A stretch of 32,988 bases of DNA from Octopus bimaculoides (taxonomy: Eukaryota): assembly GCF_001194135.2 (NCBI RefSeq), contig NC_068982.1, positions 63,813,088 to 63,846,075 on the forward strand, given 5' to 3'. A program made the translations under genes and the position numbers. The notes beneath the pieces were generated by a model that was not told where the DNA came from, ran no database searches, and worked only from the letters and a program-made list of their open reading frames with translations. Below, in pieces: positions 11,044 through 23,715 of the stretch (the first letter of the stretch is position 1; every line of letters begins with the position of its first letter).

Positions 11044-12113
11044 ATGTCGTGCTGCTACTGTTTATTTGCACACGCAAATAGACACATATAAATATGCATG
11101 TCCAGTGGCTTACAATAACTTTATAACCAGGGTAATTATGCAAAGTTAATTGAACTTCTAATAACTTTATGAAAATAATCCAAAATGAAGAAAACTTTCT
11201 TCAGTATTTTTTAGGCTCCCTTGTTACAGCTTTCACTCAAATTAATCATGGATTTGGTTAAATTTTCAATAGCCTAGTAATTCATGTTTATTCACACTTC
11301 GGTCAATGCTTTTGTTTTTGTTTTGTTTTTTTGTTGTTTTTGTTTGTTTGTTTGTTTTTTATATTTTTTTAGGTTAGCAATTGATGCAATTTACGACGAT
11401 CTTGTTTGCAACCTTTTATCAAGATATTCCTATAAATGTCCTAACGGACCAAAATAGTGAAATACAAAACCTATTTCAGAAATTCGAATCAGTGGGTTCA
11501 TCTCTAAATGTGTATGCCATGAGTCTCCATCTTCTTCAAAATCAATGCTTTTATCATTTCTAACAATTGAGCAGATGGGCAGTCGTCATTTTTGAAGATT
11601 TGATAGTATTTTGAGCATTTAACTATTTTTTTTAGCAAAAGCGAGCTGTGATTTCCCAGTCACCCAGACTGTCTCCTACCCCATATCACATCTCCATCTT
11701 TATATTTAACTATTCCTCACAAACACTCTGGCTTCTATTTTTAATCATTTCTTTCTTACCTATCCTTTTTGCCCTCTCATATTTCTTCTTCATGCTGCAA
11801 TGCCCTGCTTCAATCCACCTCCTGGCTATACTATTCACTGTTTTATTATTAACACTGAAAAATTGGGCTATTTCTCAATTGGACTTCACACATTGATATA
11901 AGCCGATGACTTGCCCACGTGTAAATTCATCTTTATCTTTTCCCAATGATTTAATTGTTGTGAAACCACTGGAAAAATGGTTTCATTGTCCCTAACACAT
12001 TTAAATGTACCAGCCTAAAGACAGAACGTATAAATCATTAGAGCGTAGGAACAAAACATCAGGTGGTGCGTATGTGTACGTGCGTGCGTGTGTCTATGGT
12101 TTATACGCGTACA

Positions 12114-12116
<3 letters not shown>

Positions 12117-12186
<70 letters not shown>
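12117..12186. repeat. (GT)n microsatellite
   Basis: Direct reading. Confidence 0.95.
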
Positions 12187-12189
<3 letters not shown>

Positions 12190-12429
12190 AGTGCTTGAAT
12201 TGATGTTTATATACAAAAGAATACAATTTGGCGATTCGCGTTCACCGTTCATTGCTCTTTTAAACAGTTGACGAAGGTCTCCTGTAGAAACTTTTCTGTG
12301 CCAATAACCGATTATCCTCTCCTAAACGATTTTCCGTTCAGTACATCTGCAAAACCGCCAGAAGAGTTAGGTTAACTATTGATATTATTTACCTTGAGAA
12401 ACGTTTGTATAGGACTCAGTCCGTAAGCT

Positions 12430-13400
12430 AATGTGAACATATTGAATTACAGTTGATTCGCTTGCTTACATTCCAGATTCCTCCTCCATAATAACTCTTG
12501 GTAAATCTAAGAATGGGCTTTTGCAACCTTGATATGGTCTTTCATGCTATGATAAGCAGCTTTGGGGATTTAATACAAATTTCATATTGATATTCCTATA
12601 TTTTAGTAATTTCTCACTTTTGCAGTTCTTGTTTAGAGACAATTAGTTCACGTTTTAGTGTTTCTTGGCATAGCTAAGGTAAACTAGCATTAAGTCGGAG
12701 CTGGTGGTTTGTGAATTTGTGTTTCAGTTTTTACTTAAGAGTCGTGTCCAATTCACCCATATTCTCCTTGATCCTGTCGATACTTCTTTGGAGACAAGCG
12801 ATTCACTTTAGTTGTATTTTCTTGTTATGCTTGATAGCTGGTACTCCTATCAGTTTGTAAAAGATAATTTGTAAAACAATACAAGAGGACCATTCAATGT
12901 CAGCAGATTGAGAACTTCAATTTGCGCTTGGTGTTCTTCAGCAACTTGTTCGATCATGGACAAAATCAAGTCGGTATAGACTCATGTCATAATCGTTCTT
13001 TCATGCGATTGTTTGTTGAGGTAAACGTTGAAGTTTTGCGATTTACTGTAACTTATGTTTCGAGTGCTTATATTCTTCACCCATTTCTGTTTGTTCATAA
13101 GCAGCCACCGTTCACCTGTGTAATAGTGGCAGCCTTGTCTAACTTATTGTTGTTATTATAGTTGCTGTTCGTGGTTTTCTTGAGAGAAAACGTTTGTCTG
13201 TTCGCAATTTATTTAATGTACGATTCTGATGTTCTGTAGCAAGAATAGCATATTTTGGCGTAGAGTCGCAACTGTCTGGCATTAGTATGTGACTAGCTGC
13301 AGTATTTTAGATTCCAGGTTATTATTAATTCTTTTCATATCAACAATCTAGAGACCTTTCATAACTTTTTTGCAGAATTGGAACAGGCCTTGACTCAATT
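12430..13400 (-). mobile_element. Highly decayed pre-RT region of an RLE LINE (tentative)
   Basis: Broken frames give KLKHKF...ETLKRELIVSKQELQK and NINMKFVLNPKAAYHSMK...GIWN, resembling the region upstream of the RT in R4/Dong-like ORFs. Many stops. Confidence 0.45.
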
Positions 13401-14394
13401 CAAAAGTTCACTGGAATTTCTCACGATAATTCCGCGACTTGCGACAATAGACCTGTGTGTGTATATGTATTCGCTTTTCACACGAAAACGATTGCGCACA
13501 TTGCTTCCATACTTGGGATACATAAATAATTTGACTTCGGATACATAGAGTCTTCAGTTTTTTTTTGTTTTTTTTATATTAAGAATAGATGGTATTGCTT
13601 TATATATATGATTCACTTCTTTAAAAAGGTTTCTCAATGTCAACTTCCGCTTTTGACGTAGCAACAGCGAAATTTTCCGTTTACATTTGCAAAACCTCTC
13701 ACTCTCTATTTTAATGTTTTCATTTCGAGTTTTAATTCGCTATTTGCAAACAACTACGATAAATTACTGAAAGAAATATTTACTAAGTTCACAAATTTAA
13801 ATATTCGGTACAAGGCTTTATTTATACGAGTTTTTTATTTCATATTTTTCATTCATTGGTTGCAATNNNNNNNNNNNNNNNNNNNNNNNNNNNNNNNNNN
13901 NNNNNNNNNNNNNNNNNNNNNNNNNNNNNNNNNNNNNNNNNNNNNNNNNNNNNNNNNNNNNNNNNNNNNNNNNNNNNNNNNNNNNNNNNNNNNNNNNNNN
14001 NNNNNNNNNNNNNNNNNNNNNNNNNNNNNNNNNNNNNNNNNNNNNNNNNNNNNNNNNNNNNNNNNNNNNNNNNNNNNNNNNNNNNNNNNNNNNNNNNNNN
14101 NNNNNNNNNNNNNNNNNNNNNNNNNNNNNNNNNNNNNNNNNNNNNNNNNNNNNNNNNNNNNNNNNNNNNNNNNNNNNNNNNNNNNNNNNNNNNNNNNNNN
14201 NNNNNNNNNNNNNNNNNNNNNNNNNNNNNNNNNNNNNNNNNNNNNNNNNNNNNNNNNNNNNNNNNNNNNNNNNNNNNNNNNNNNNNNNNNNNNNNNNNNN
14301 NNNNNNNNNNNNNNNNNNNNNNNNNNNNNNNNNNNNNNNNNNNNNNNNNNNNNNNNNNNNNNNNNNNNNNNNNNNNNNNNNNNNNNNNNNNNNN

Positions 14395-14465
<71 letters not shown>

Positions 14466-14760
14466 GGGGTGTGTTGTCATGTATACGTTCATACATAAAT
14501 ACATGGGCATACATCCTTTTCGTATGTATGCATGCGTGTGAGAGAGAGAGAGAGACAAAGAGAGAGAGAGACAAAGAGAGAGAGAGACAGAGAGAGAGAG
14601 ACAGAGAAAGAGAAAGAGAGAGACAAAGAGAGAGAGAGACAATGAGAGAGAGAGAGACAAAGAGAGAGAGCGAGACAAAGAGAGAGAGAGTGATGTCTAA
14701 GTGGCACTCACTCTCTCTCTCACACACGCACGCGCGCACACACACGCATACAAAAAAATA
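14395..14760. repeat. (GT)n followed by compound (GA)n/(GAGACAAA) and CA repeats
   Basis: Direct reading; explains the SL- and TH-rich ORFs. Confidence 0.9.
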
Positions 14761-14791
14761 TGTATGCATATTTATTTATGTATGTACGCTT

Positions 14792-16077
14792 TACACCTGG
14801 AGAAACAGTAAATGATGCAAGAGGAAACGTGGGGCTAACGCTCTTGCAAGAGTTTACAGTGTCCCTCAAGCCAAGTAGAATGCTACTACTTTCGGCTCTT
14901 TTTGCATGAAGTACGTGGTCCCAAATCATTCCAAGATTCGAGGAGGGTAAATGGTCATGTGTGTGAAATTTATAGGGAAGCATGCTATCAACAAGATTTT
15001 TTTAGAAAATGATGAGCATTGGAACCTCTCATTGACTGAAGCATCGGTATCAGATTCTCCAAGGAAACTCGGTAGCTTTTTTGCAATTATACTGAACATG
15101 TGTCAACTTGGCAGTCTCCTACAATTTTGGACGAAACATCGCGAGGACATGGCTGAGGACTAAAAGTATGCAAGCCCAGATATTGATATTCAGTTCTCTG
15201 GAACAATTTTTAACCAAGCACTGATTGAAATTTAGGATCAAGTTTTGGCTATGGACTGCCAAACTCAAACCGTCAAATTAGTGATTTAACATCAAGAGAC
15301 ATATCAAGAGAGACAAATTATGACATCACAGACTTGGCTGCATTTGTGAATGAACATGAACCTAAACTTCATCCAGAACAACGCTGTGCATATGATAAAA
15401 TTATTTCGTCAGAGTACAAAGTGGAGGAATTTTCTTTCTTGATGCTCCTGGTGACACAGGTAAAACATTTTTAACAACATTGCTCCTCTCCAAGGTAAGG
15501 CAACAAAAAGGAATTGCAATTGCTGTAGCATCGTCTGCTACCCTTCTCCCAGGAGGACGAACAATTCATTCTGCTTTTAAATTACTGCTAAACTTGGTCA
15601 CAAATGACAGTCCAATTTGTAGCATAAGCAAAGGTTCAGGTTCAGCACAAGTGTTGTGCCAATTCCACCTGATCATTTGAGATGAATGCACCATGTCACA
15701 TAGAGATGCAATTCAAGCTCTTGATAAGACCTTACAGGACATCAGAGGCAACAATAAATCTATGGGAGGAGTTACATTAGTTTTATCAGGAGACTTCAGA
15801 CAGACATTAACAGTCATTCCGAGACGAACAAGATCTGGTGAAATAAAAGCATGCATTAAATCTTCATACCTATAGAGTAAAGTACAGAAATTCTCCTTCA
15901 ATACTAACGTGCGAGCTTTATTACATGGGGACCAATGTGCAGAAAAGTTTTCAAACTGGCTCCTTCAATTAAGAAATGGAAAAGTATCATTTGATGGGAA
16001 TAGTGATATCAATTTGGCTCATATTGCTATCATGGTTAATTCCCCAGTTGAATTGAAGAACAAGGTATTTCCAGACC
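14792..16077 (+). mobile_element. Helitron RepHel fragment (PIF1-family helicase), inactive
   Basis: ALARVYSV...ECYYFRLFLHEVRGPKSF...FLENDEHW; Walker A DAPGDTGKT (15441-15467); GGRTIHSAFKL; Walker B II*DEC; MGGVTLVLSGDFRQTLTVIP; FSNWLLQLRNG. Several stops and frameshifts. Confidence 0.92.
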
Positions 16078-16810
16078 ATGATGCAATTCACTCTGTCAGA
16101 AATTTGGAAACGACATGCTTTACTATTTGGCGTTCGCGCTGGAAGTTCCAATACGAACATTACAAAGTGTTTCGGTGTCAATATGAGGACAGTGCAATCT
16201 GAGGACTTGTACTGAGAGTGATAAAAGTCAACATCATGGTGCTTGGAGTGATCACTAATGATGGCGACGTTATGCTTCCATTCATCTTCCCACGCGGCCT
16301 CACACTCAACACGGAAGCCTACATCAAGTGCCTGGAGGAGGTAGTGCTGCCCTCGATCAAGAGAGTGATTGTCTGGCAACAGGACTTTGCACCATGCCAC
16401 ACACGAAGGAGAACACAGTCATGGCTGTCAGACAATTTCTGCAAACAACACCCCTAACATCTGGCTACCGAACTCCCACACTGCAAGCCCCTTGATTATT
16501 ATATGTGGGGCGCAGTTGAGCGAGAGTCCAACAAAACTCCTTGTAATACCAAAGATGAACTGAAGGCAAGGATTATAGCAGCATTCACCGACTTAAACAA
16601 GGAGGCCGACCAGAAAAGTTGCAGGAGATTCCTAAGTCGTCTGGAGGCTGTGGTTGGAGCCAATGGCAATTTTATTGAATAAATTTACTCTTTAATATTT
16701 CAAGATATCTTTATGTAATTTTGGTAAATATATCCGTTGAAATGAGATGTCAGTGTTACTTTCATTTTTACTTTTTACATAATTTAGATGACAGTTTATT
16801 CATCGTATGT
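16078..16810 (+). mobile_element. Internally deleted maT-like (DD37D) Tc1/mariner element
   Basis: MMQFTLSEIWKRHALL... joined to VNIMVLGVITNDGDV...VWQQDFAPCH...IWLPNSHTCKPLDYYMWG...GANGNFIE* (stop 16680-16682). QQD-to-PLD spacing is 37 if a 2-nt deletion is restored. Confidence 0.85.
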
Positions 16811-17004
16811 ATATATATATNNNNNNNNNNNNNNNNNNNNNNNNNNNNNNNNNNNNNNNNNNNNNNNNNNNNNNNNNNNNNNNNNNNNNNNNNNNNNNNN
16901 NNNNNNNNNNNNNNNNNNNNNNNNNNNNNNNNNNNNNNNNNNNNNNNNNNNNNNNNNNNNNNNNNNNNNNNNNNNNNNNNNNNNNNNNNNNNNNNNNNNN
17001 NNNN

Positions 17005-17895
17005 TCTATCCATTGATCCCTCCTCCCACTCTCTCACCACCTCCACCTTCTTCAAACCCACGGATTCACCCCTCTACCTCAACTTTTCCTCCTCCCATCC
17101 CTTCCACACCAAACGGGCCCTTCCATTCTAGTTTCTCCGCCTCCGACACCTGTGCAGTCTAGACCAGGATTTCGAGACCCAGTTCCAGTACCTGGCTCGA
17201 TTGTTCATGCGTCGCAAGATACCCATTCACCCTTGTCTATACTGCCCTAACCCGCACTCGTCAAATCGACCGTACCACCGTTCTCTCCCCTTCTCCACAC
17301 CGACCCCCAACCGTATCTCCTTTCCCCTCCTTTTCCACTACTCCGCCCTCCCCTTTCGTCGGAGGATCATGCGGGCCTTTCATCGCCTCCAACTAGATCC
17401 CACCACTCTCCCTATTTTCCCCAACCCACCCTTGCCTTCCTTCAAACGCGCCTGTAATATACGCAATCTACTGGTCCGATACACCTTCCCCCTCCATTCC
17501 AACCCAACCCGGATCCTTCCCTTGCTTCAAATCCCGTTGCCACACCTGTCCTATCATCACTAACACCACCTCCCTCACTGGATCCAACCAGCACACCCTC
17601 TATATTAGGAACTCCTTCTCCTGCACTTCTTACAGCCTTATTTATTGCATCAGGTTCAACCTCTGCAACAAAATTTACGTTGGTCAAACGGGCCGCCGGC
17701 GAGCCGACCGGTTCACCGAACATCTAGATGTTCGTCTACGTATGAACACCCCCGTCACCCGTCATTTTCGCTTGGCCAACCACTCTACCTCAGACATTAC
17801 CGTCTTCGGTCTTGCCTAACACAATGGATCCGCCAACACTAGACTCCGCCTGGAGCAGCGTTACATTTTTACTCTACATTACTAAACCCCTTCCT
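17005..17895 (+). mobile_element. Penelope-like element: RT C-terminus, Cys-rich linker and GIY-YIG
   Basis: TSTFFKPTDSPLYLNFSSSHPFHTKRALPF*FLRLRHLCS; PPLPSFKRACNIRNLLVR; GSFPCFKSRCHTCP; LIYC...KIYVGQTGRR...RFTEHL...PVTRHF...EQRYIFTL. Stops and frameshifts present. Confidence 0.9.
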
Positions 17896-18371
17896 CTCAA
17901 TGACTGTCCCTACAATTGTCCTTAAAAAATAACATTTTACCCTGTCTTAGTTTTACTCATTTATTTATTTTTATTCAATTTTTATATCTTTTATCGTTTA
18001 TTTATCGATTTTTCATATTTTATTCTTTTATTCAGTTATTCATTTTCGTTTTTTTTTATTCGTTTATTTCTGTTTGTGTTGTATTTGTTTATTTTTATCC
18101 TTTAAATTTTTATTATTTTTTATTACTATTTTAAAAAATTTATTTTTGTCACTGATTTGTTCATATAACCTTTTCCCTTTAAGGGTTTTATTTTACCAGT
18201 TCCTACTTATCACTTGTATTATTTGTACTATTTATTATTTGTATTAATTTTTATGTCTCATATTCCTAAATCACACACCACACAACACACAACACACACC
18301 ACACACCACACACCACACAACACACACCACACAACACACACCACATACCACCCCTTCTCCCTCTCACGCAA

Positions 18372-18660
18372 GCATTATAAGTTCAGGTTTATACCTGTAA
18401 TTATTAGGGCACTGGGATATGTAACACACTGCCTAAGTACCAATCTTGAGAAATTAGGCTTCTCAAAACGAGAAAGGAGAAAGCTGATTCGGAGACTGCT
18501 GATCCAATCCGTCACTGGAACTGTAAAATTTACCAGAAATTTATCATTTATGTATATATAAAGAAGTCTAGATATGCAACTATATGCATGAGAATACTTA
18601 TATAAACACTTATACTTATACACATACTTATATAAACATATATATACATACATATTCTCA
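18372..18660 (+). mobile_element. RLE LINE 3' fragment, same family as 1407-1699 plus 2443-2565
   Basis: YKFRFIPVIIRALGYVTHCLSTNLEKLGFSKRERRKLIRRLLIQSVTGTVK, followed by the shared 3' UTR. Confidence 0.8.
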
Positions 18661-18704
18661 CACATGCGTATGTATGTGTATGTGTGTATGCATGTGTGTA
18701 TATA

Positions 18705-19250
18705 GACAACTTCTTCATGTTGTTGACCTAGTTATATTTTATTTGCAATGGGAATAGCTTCCTATCACATTTTCCTTCAAACTAATTGCTATTCACTGTG
18801 GCATCATCTCTTGGGGTTTGTTCAAAATAGCGAAGTTGCCTTAGGTTTTCAGAAGTATTAGTTTTAGAATAAAATTGTTGGTTCTTCTTTCCATGCAATA
18901 TTCCAGAGTTTAATACAAGCGTTGAAATTTCAAAATCTTATCATCTGTTTTTAGGGTTCATGTCTCTCTGCAACAAACGGTTATTGACCAAGCCAGCTTG
19001 GTATTAATGCTTATCGATCTACCTAGCAAGATGTTCCAAATTTCTGTAGTAGACGTGATTGCCATTACTAACCTTTGCCAGATTTCCTTATCGTATTCGT
19101 TTGTGTCAATTAGTTCTGTGCCAAGAGGCAAGGTTGGACACTTGTTCGGTCTTAATGTTCTCGAGTTACTGAATTCATCAAACACCAATATTACAGAGTA
19201 GTATTTGCAGGTCTTCTGTTACGCTAACAGGACTGTGTCGTTTGCGTATC
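18705..19250 (-). mobile_element. Decayed RTE-clade LINE fragment
   Basis: RYANDTVLLA (YADD-derived) at 19250-19221; EQVSN..LGTELIDTNEYDKEIWQRLVMA...ILLGRSISINTKL; CCRET*TLK; downstream EGKCD-like remnant. Confidence 0.7.
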
Positions 19251-19254
19251 TTAA

Positions 19255-19460
19255 GTGTTTGTAATGCTGTGTGTGTTGTCTACAGTGGGAACAGAGACAG
19301 TTTTCTCTATGAAGGCCTGTTTTAGTCTATCCACTGATATAGTGTCTTTACGACCATCAAAGTCTATAACGAAAAATTTATCCGTGCGTGAAAGAAAATG
19401 GAAATGATCTGCATCGTTGCGCACAAAACTTGAGTCCAAGAAGTAAAGCCTACTTCAAGG
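19255..19460 (-). mobile_element. Gypsy integrase C-terminal fragment
   Basis: SWTQVFVRNDA..FHFLSRTDKFFVIDFDGRKDTISVDRLKQAF matches the typical HVFVRxDA...VLxRxDK.F...GRxDTVSIDRLKPA tail, with the PYDGP part deleted. Confidence 0.75.
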
Positions 19461-19817
19461 CAGGGCTAGAAATGCAATTGTCAAGTAGTTAAGAGGTTTT
19501 AAACAGGAGCGATATATTCAAAATTGGTAAAACTAAAAATTGTCAAGGATAAATTAGATTTATCATTGTTACTGAATATATTAGTGTTATTTAATTTCTG
19601 AATGGTTTTGCTGCTGTTTGTTTATGTAGTTTGATTTCTTTATCTATCAGTTTCTACTAAGATAAAGACACGAGTAAAATTAATAATGGAGAAACGAAAA
19701 TAAAACATTGGAAACAGCAACGCCGCCATAACTTACGTGGAAACCATGAGCGTGCTTTCAAGGGAGACTTGAAAGTTAACGTAAGTTCGTAATCATGTAA
19801 AATAGAGTAAATATAAC

Positions 19818-20005
19818 AAATAATCCAGAATCCTTGTCCGGTACCGGATCGATCCCAAAATCTAATTAGCTCGTGCCAGTCACGAGGCCAAACATCCCCG
19901 AAAGTTTCATCCGAATCCATCCAGCGGTTCTTGAGATATCTTGTCCACGGACAAACAAACAAACACAACTGAATACAACACCCCCGCCTTTGCTAAAGTT
20001 ATAAT
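19818..20005 (-). mobile_element. Helentron-type non-autonomous element (HINE / DINE-1-like), 5' half
   Basis: Degenerate 5' subterminal repeat (19987-19999; 9/13 to the complement of ccttggcggaggt), (GTTT)n microsatellite, then a core matching 24929-24965 at 36/37. Confidence 0.7.
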
Positions 20006-20533
20006 GCAATTCCTGGAAAGAGCAAAATGATTTCGCCGCATTAGAAATATTTAGCCCTGCTGTGAAATAATTTCAGGGTTTAAAACATAAATGTAAATTT
20101 TAAAAAAAGCAATAACTGATGTATAGAACTGTATTAATTGATCCGTCACCAGCGAGAGAAGGTTGTCTTGGTTACTAAACCAAAGTGACTTTTTCACCAT
20201 GCTCTAATGATTCTGTTCCGCTACTACTGCCATCATTTCTTCATTTCTTTATCATCAATCTTACCCAGCTTTATTTTTACACTTCTCTACTACTGCTACT
20301 AACTGTTTTATACCCTTATTTTTTTTTCAATGTTTCTCCAGCGTCGCTGATACAGTCATTACAACTACCAACAGCCAACACCATCATAACTTCCACCACA
20401 CAGCCTACACTAGCCTCACACATTGATGGGTTTCATGTGGAAAACATTTCTCCAGTTGAAATATAATGCAAACAGTTTCACAATTCCGATATATATACAT
20501 ATGCATGTATATATATTCACTTTACATATAAAT

Positions 20534-20574
<41 letters not shown>

Positions 20575-20912
20575 CGCACGTGTGCATATATAAACAGAAA
20601 GTGAGAGAGATGAGACAGAGAGAGGGGAGGAGGAGCTTGGTCTGAGAGAAAACTAGAAGAGGAAGAGAGAGAGAAAGATACAGCGTTGTTTACCTAACAG
20701 AAATTTGTTTATACAAATTGGTTTATACAATTGTGGGCTGATTTGCATTTACATTTATATCTTGCATAGAGTTTCGGCATCATTAACAATTTTGATGAAG
20801 TGAATTCTATTTGAGCTGACAATGATACATTTAAGAAAGCACGAACGTTTGATGTCCCTTAAAGTTTCGGGGCCATATGTGTAGTTAAATGAAACTTAAT
20901 ATAACTCTGCTT

Positions 20913-21110
20913 ATGGCGGCGATATGGCAGAATCGTTAGCACGCCGGGCAAAATGTTTAGCGGCATTTCTTCTGTCTTTACATTCTAAGTTCAAATTCCG
21001 CCGAGGTCGACTTTGTCTTTCATCTTTTTGAGGTCGATAAAGTAAGTACCAGTTGAATACTGGAATCTATGTAACTGACTTTCTACCACCATCGAAATTG
21101 CTGGCCTGGG
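20913..21110 (+). mobile_element. SINE family B (tRNA-derived)
   Basis: A-box tggcagaatcg, B-box agttcaaattcc, then gaggtcgactttg...ggtcgataaagtaagtaccag; repeated at 25577, 27353 and 29075. Confidence 0.85.
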
Positions 21111-21114
21111 CAGC

Positions 21115-21555
21115 TTACAAGTTCAAACATCTGCTTTCTTGTGTTCTTGTAGTGACCAGTTCAGAAGTAGAAACATGGGCGTGAGTACAGGCACTGCAAC
21201 GGTGTTGTGAACAATATGCTTATTGTAAGCTGAGAGTTTTGATGACCGTATTCTCTTTATTCTTTACTCGCATTCCTTGTCCTCTTCTTATTTATGGGTC
21301 CATCATATCTGATTTTCTCATCCTGTCCAAAATGCCTTTAATTGTCACCTGACAGTAGACTTTGTATTGTCAAGCCATTTAGTTTTAGGTTTTCAGAGGA
21401 GGGTACAACTTTCCATGTTTTATTGTCAAAAATGCATATTTGGACTCACCAAATTCCATTCCAGTATCTATAGGAAGTTAAGCATTGTGGTCTAGTTGGT
21501 TTTTATGTGATTGATATTTGGCCCATACAGTTCAGGTCGTCGGCAAAGAAAATAT
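21115..21555 (-). mobile_element. RLE LINE RT and post-RT fragment
   Basis: FFADDL..LYG...DTGMEFGESKYAFLTIKHGK...LNGLTIQSL...GQDEKIRYDGPINK...HNTVAVPVLTP...LNWSLQE, with frameshifts. Confidence 0.8.
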
Positions 21556-21558
21556 GCT

Positions 21559-21591
<33 letters not shown>

Positions 21592-21692
21592 AGCTGGCTG
21601 GCTGGCTGGCTGGATGGATGGATGGATGGATGGATGGATGGATGGATGGATGGATGGATGGCTGTATTGATGGATGGATGGATGGATGGATG
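21559..21692. repeat. (TGGC)n grading into (TGGA)n microsatellite
   Basis: Direct reading. Confidence 0.95.
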
Positions 21693-21739
21693 GGGTGAGT
21701 TCCGAAAAGAAACCGATCTTCATAAAAAGTGATTGATCT

Positions 21740-22870
21740 AACTAAAATTCAATCAGCAATGCCGCTTTCGAAGTATTTCTCTCCCCTATTGATAGCCCAC
21801 TCCCAACGTCTTCCCAGTTCTGGAACACATTTTCAGTGATAGCGCACAATTCTTGCAACAAATGTCTTCAATCTTATATCATCGGAAATTGGCGACCTCT
21901 CTAGTAAAATTTCAACTTTGAGAATAAAACTCCACAGAGATTACTAAGGAGTTCGGGACAGTTGTTCGATGTACAGTGTCTCGTGCCAAATTGTCACAAA
22001 TAAGGAATGAGGCGCTGTCGTAGCGCAGCTCCCACATTTAATTGTCCATGCCTCAATCCTCTTCCTTTGCATGACTTCTTTCAAATTAATCAAGACTTCC
22101 AGGTAAAATCTTTATTGATCGCCATACTACGCGAATGACACTCATAATTAACGAGACTCTTCAGATGAAAAAGATATCACCCTCACATTTGAGGATTCTG
22201 ATGCTCAAATGCAAAAAGGATGTCGGACCACGTTTAACACAATTATGATGAATGACACTATTCCTGTCAAAAAAAAAAACTAATATCGCTTTAACATTTG
22301 AGCGACTCCGCGTATTTTTATTTTTATATTTTTTTGCTTGCGGCGATGATATTTGAACCCACCTTGACTGATTTTTGGTTTTGACATTGCACCCACTTTT
22401 ATTACACTAGAAACTTTTCATTGGCATTTTAAACAATCGAAGAACTCCTAAATGACTATCAGTCGGTTTTCTTTGTGTTTATCTATTGGCATTTCTAGGC
22501 ACAAATATTCTGCGGTAATAATGCAATTTATTTTAATGTCTCTTTTAAAATCTCGTGGCTCGATCTTTTACATGTACTCACGTCTTCATAAATTTCGCGG
22601 AAAATCAGACTACGACTTTCCCAGCATATACTTACTCAATGCGATCGTTGTCCATTTTCATGGAAATTCGCCTAGCTTTGGAATTTTCCTCCGTCGATAC
22701 CCTTCACGATTTGAAGCCTTGGTGACACTTGTGACATTGCGTCCGACTCGGACAGTCCACTCCATAAACATATTGCATCAATAGAAATGTCTCCCTGTCT
22801 TCTCCCCAATTTAAACAGAATTTCTCACAGAGAAATCGTTCATTGTTCAACTTGTGAAAAATTGCCAAGT
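21740..22870 (-). mobile_element. Near-full-length but heavily decayed mariner transposase
   Basis: KFCLNWGEDRETFLLMQYVYGVDCPSRTQC..FKS; CHEILKE; KTKNQSRWV..SPQAKK; INKDF/YLEVL..LKEVMQRKR; LFSKLK..RGRQF; FQNWE.RWEWAINRG..YFE are collinear with a mariner ORF. Confidence 0.75.
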
Positions 22871-23560
22871 ACACTAAGCATATCTTCATTCTAGCATCAA
22901 TAACTAACAAACACGATGTGATATGACTATTATTAGGTCAAAGGTCGAGCTCACCTATAGACAGCATATATATATGTGGCCACATTCACTGGCAGCTGCG
23001 CTGTTTTAAAAGTTCGTTTTGATTGAGGATAGACCTCGTATATTCAAATGAAGCAAAAAGTATTTACAAGTTACTCACTCATACTCGTGTGAGAAGTCGC
23101 CACTAGCATAACTGAAGTCATCCACGACCTAACTGTCTTTCTCGGTGCTAATGTCTAACCACTTCCTCAAGAAACCTCGTATATAGTTTTTGCTAACCAC
23201 CTCTATTTGATTGTTCTACAAAATCTACTTTCTTTTCGATCGGCACATCATTTCTATATTCTCCCCTCAATTTATTGGCTATTCGAAGAGCTGTGTAATT
23301 CATATTCCCGCAGGAAACATGGCTTCTGGACTCGTTCTTCTTTTTATTGTTCTTTTTCTTTCATTGTTGTTTCCCACGTCTATTTGCAATTCTCTCCAGC
23401 TTCCAGCTTCAGCGCATTATCAATAGACTATATGACTGTAGCAATTTTCTGGTTGTTAGCTCCAAACAGGGAGGGCGAGGCCAGTTTTTCGAGGTTTGGA
23501 AGCAGCAGTTTTTGAATTCCATTATTGTCATTGCTGACTCTACTGTCGTCTACCACACAC

Positions 23561-23579
23561 TCTCTCTCTCTTTCTCTCC

Positions 23580-23617
<38 letters not shown>

Positions 23618-23638
23618 ATCTATCTATCTTTCTCTCTT

Positions 23639-23712
<74 letters not shown>
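23561..23712. repeat. (TTTC)n/(TC)n microsatellite
   Basis: Direct reading. Confidence 0.95.

Positions 23713-23715
<3 letters not shown>

Noticed and set aside
11341-11460. Strong splice-acceptor-like tract followed by LAIDAIYDDLVCNLLSRYSYKCPNGPK*
   Set aside because: Short, no recognisable protein family and no partner exons; it would need RNA-seq support.
9868-14769. Long ORFs of 200-300 aa in the ORF track
   Set aside because: They consist of X from N gaps plus microsatellite translations (CV, TH, SL, YI).
18705-22870. Run of minus-strand transposon relics suggesting a uni-strand piRNA cluster
   Set aside because: Over the whole window orientations are mixed (Helitron, maT, one PLE and three RLE tails are plus), and numbers are too small.
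23200-23520. Possible LINE 3' relic on the minus strand
   Set aside because: Only vague similarity; no diagnostic motif could be read.
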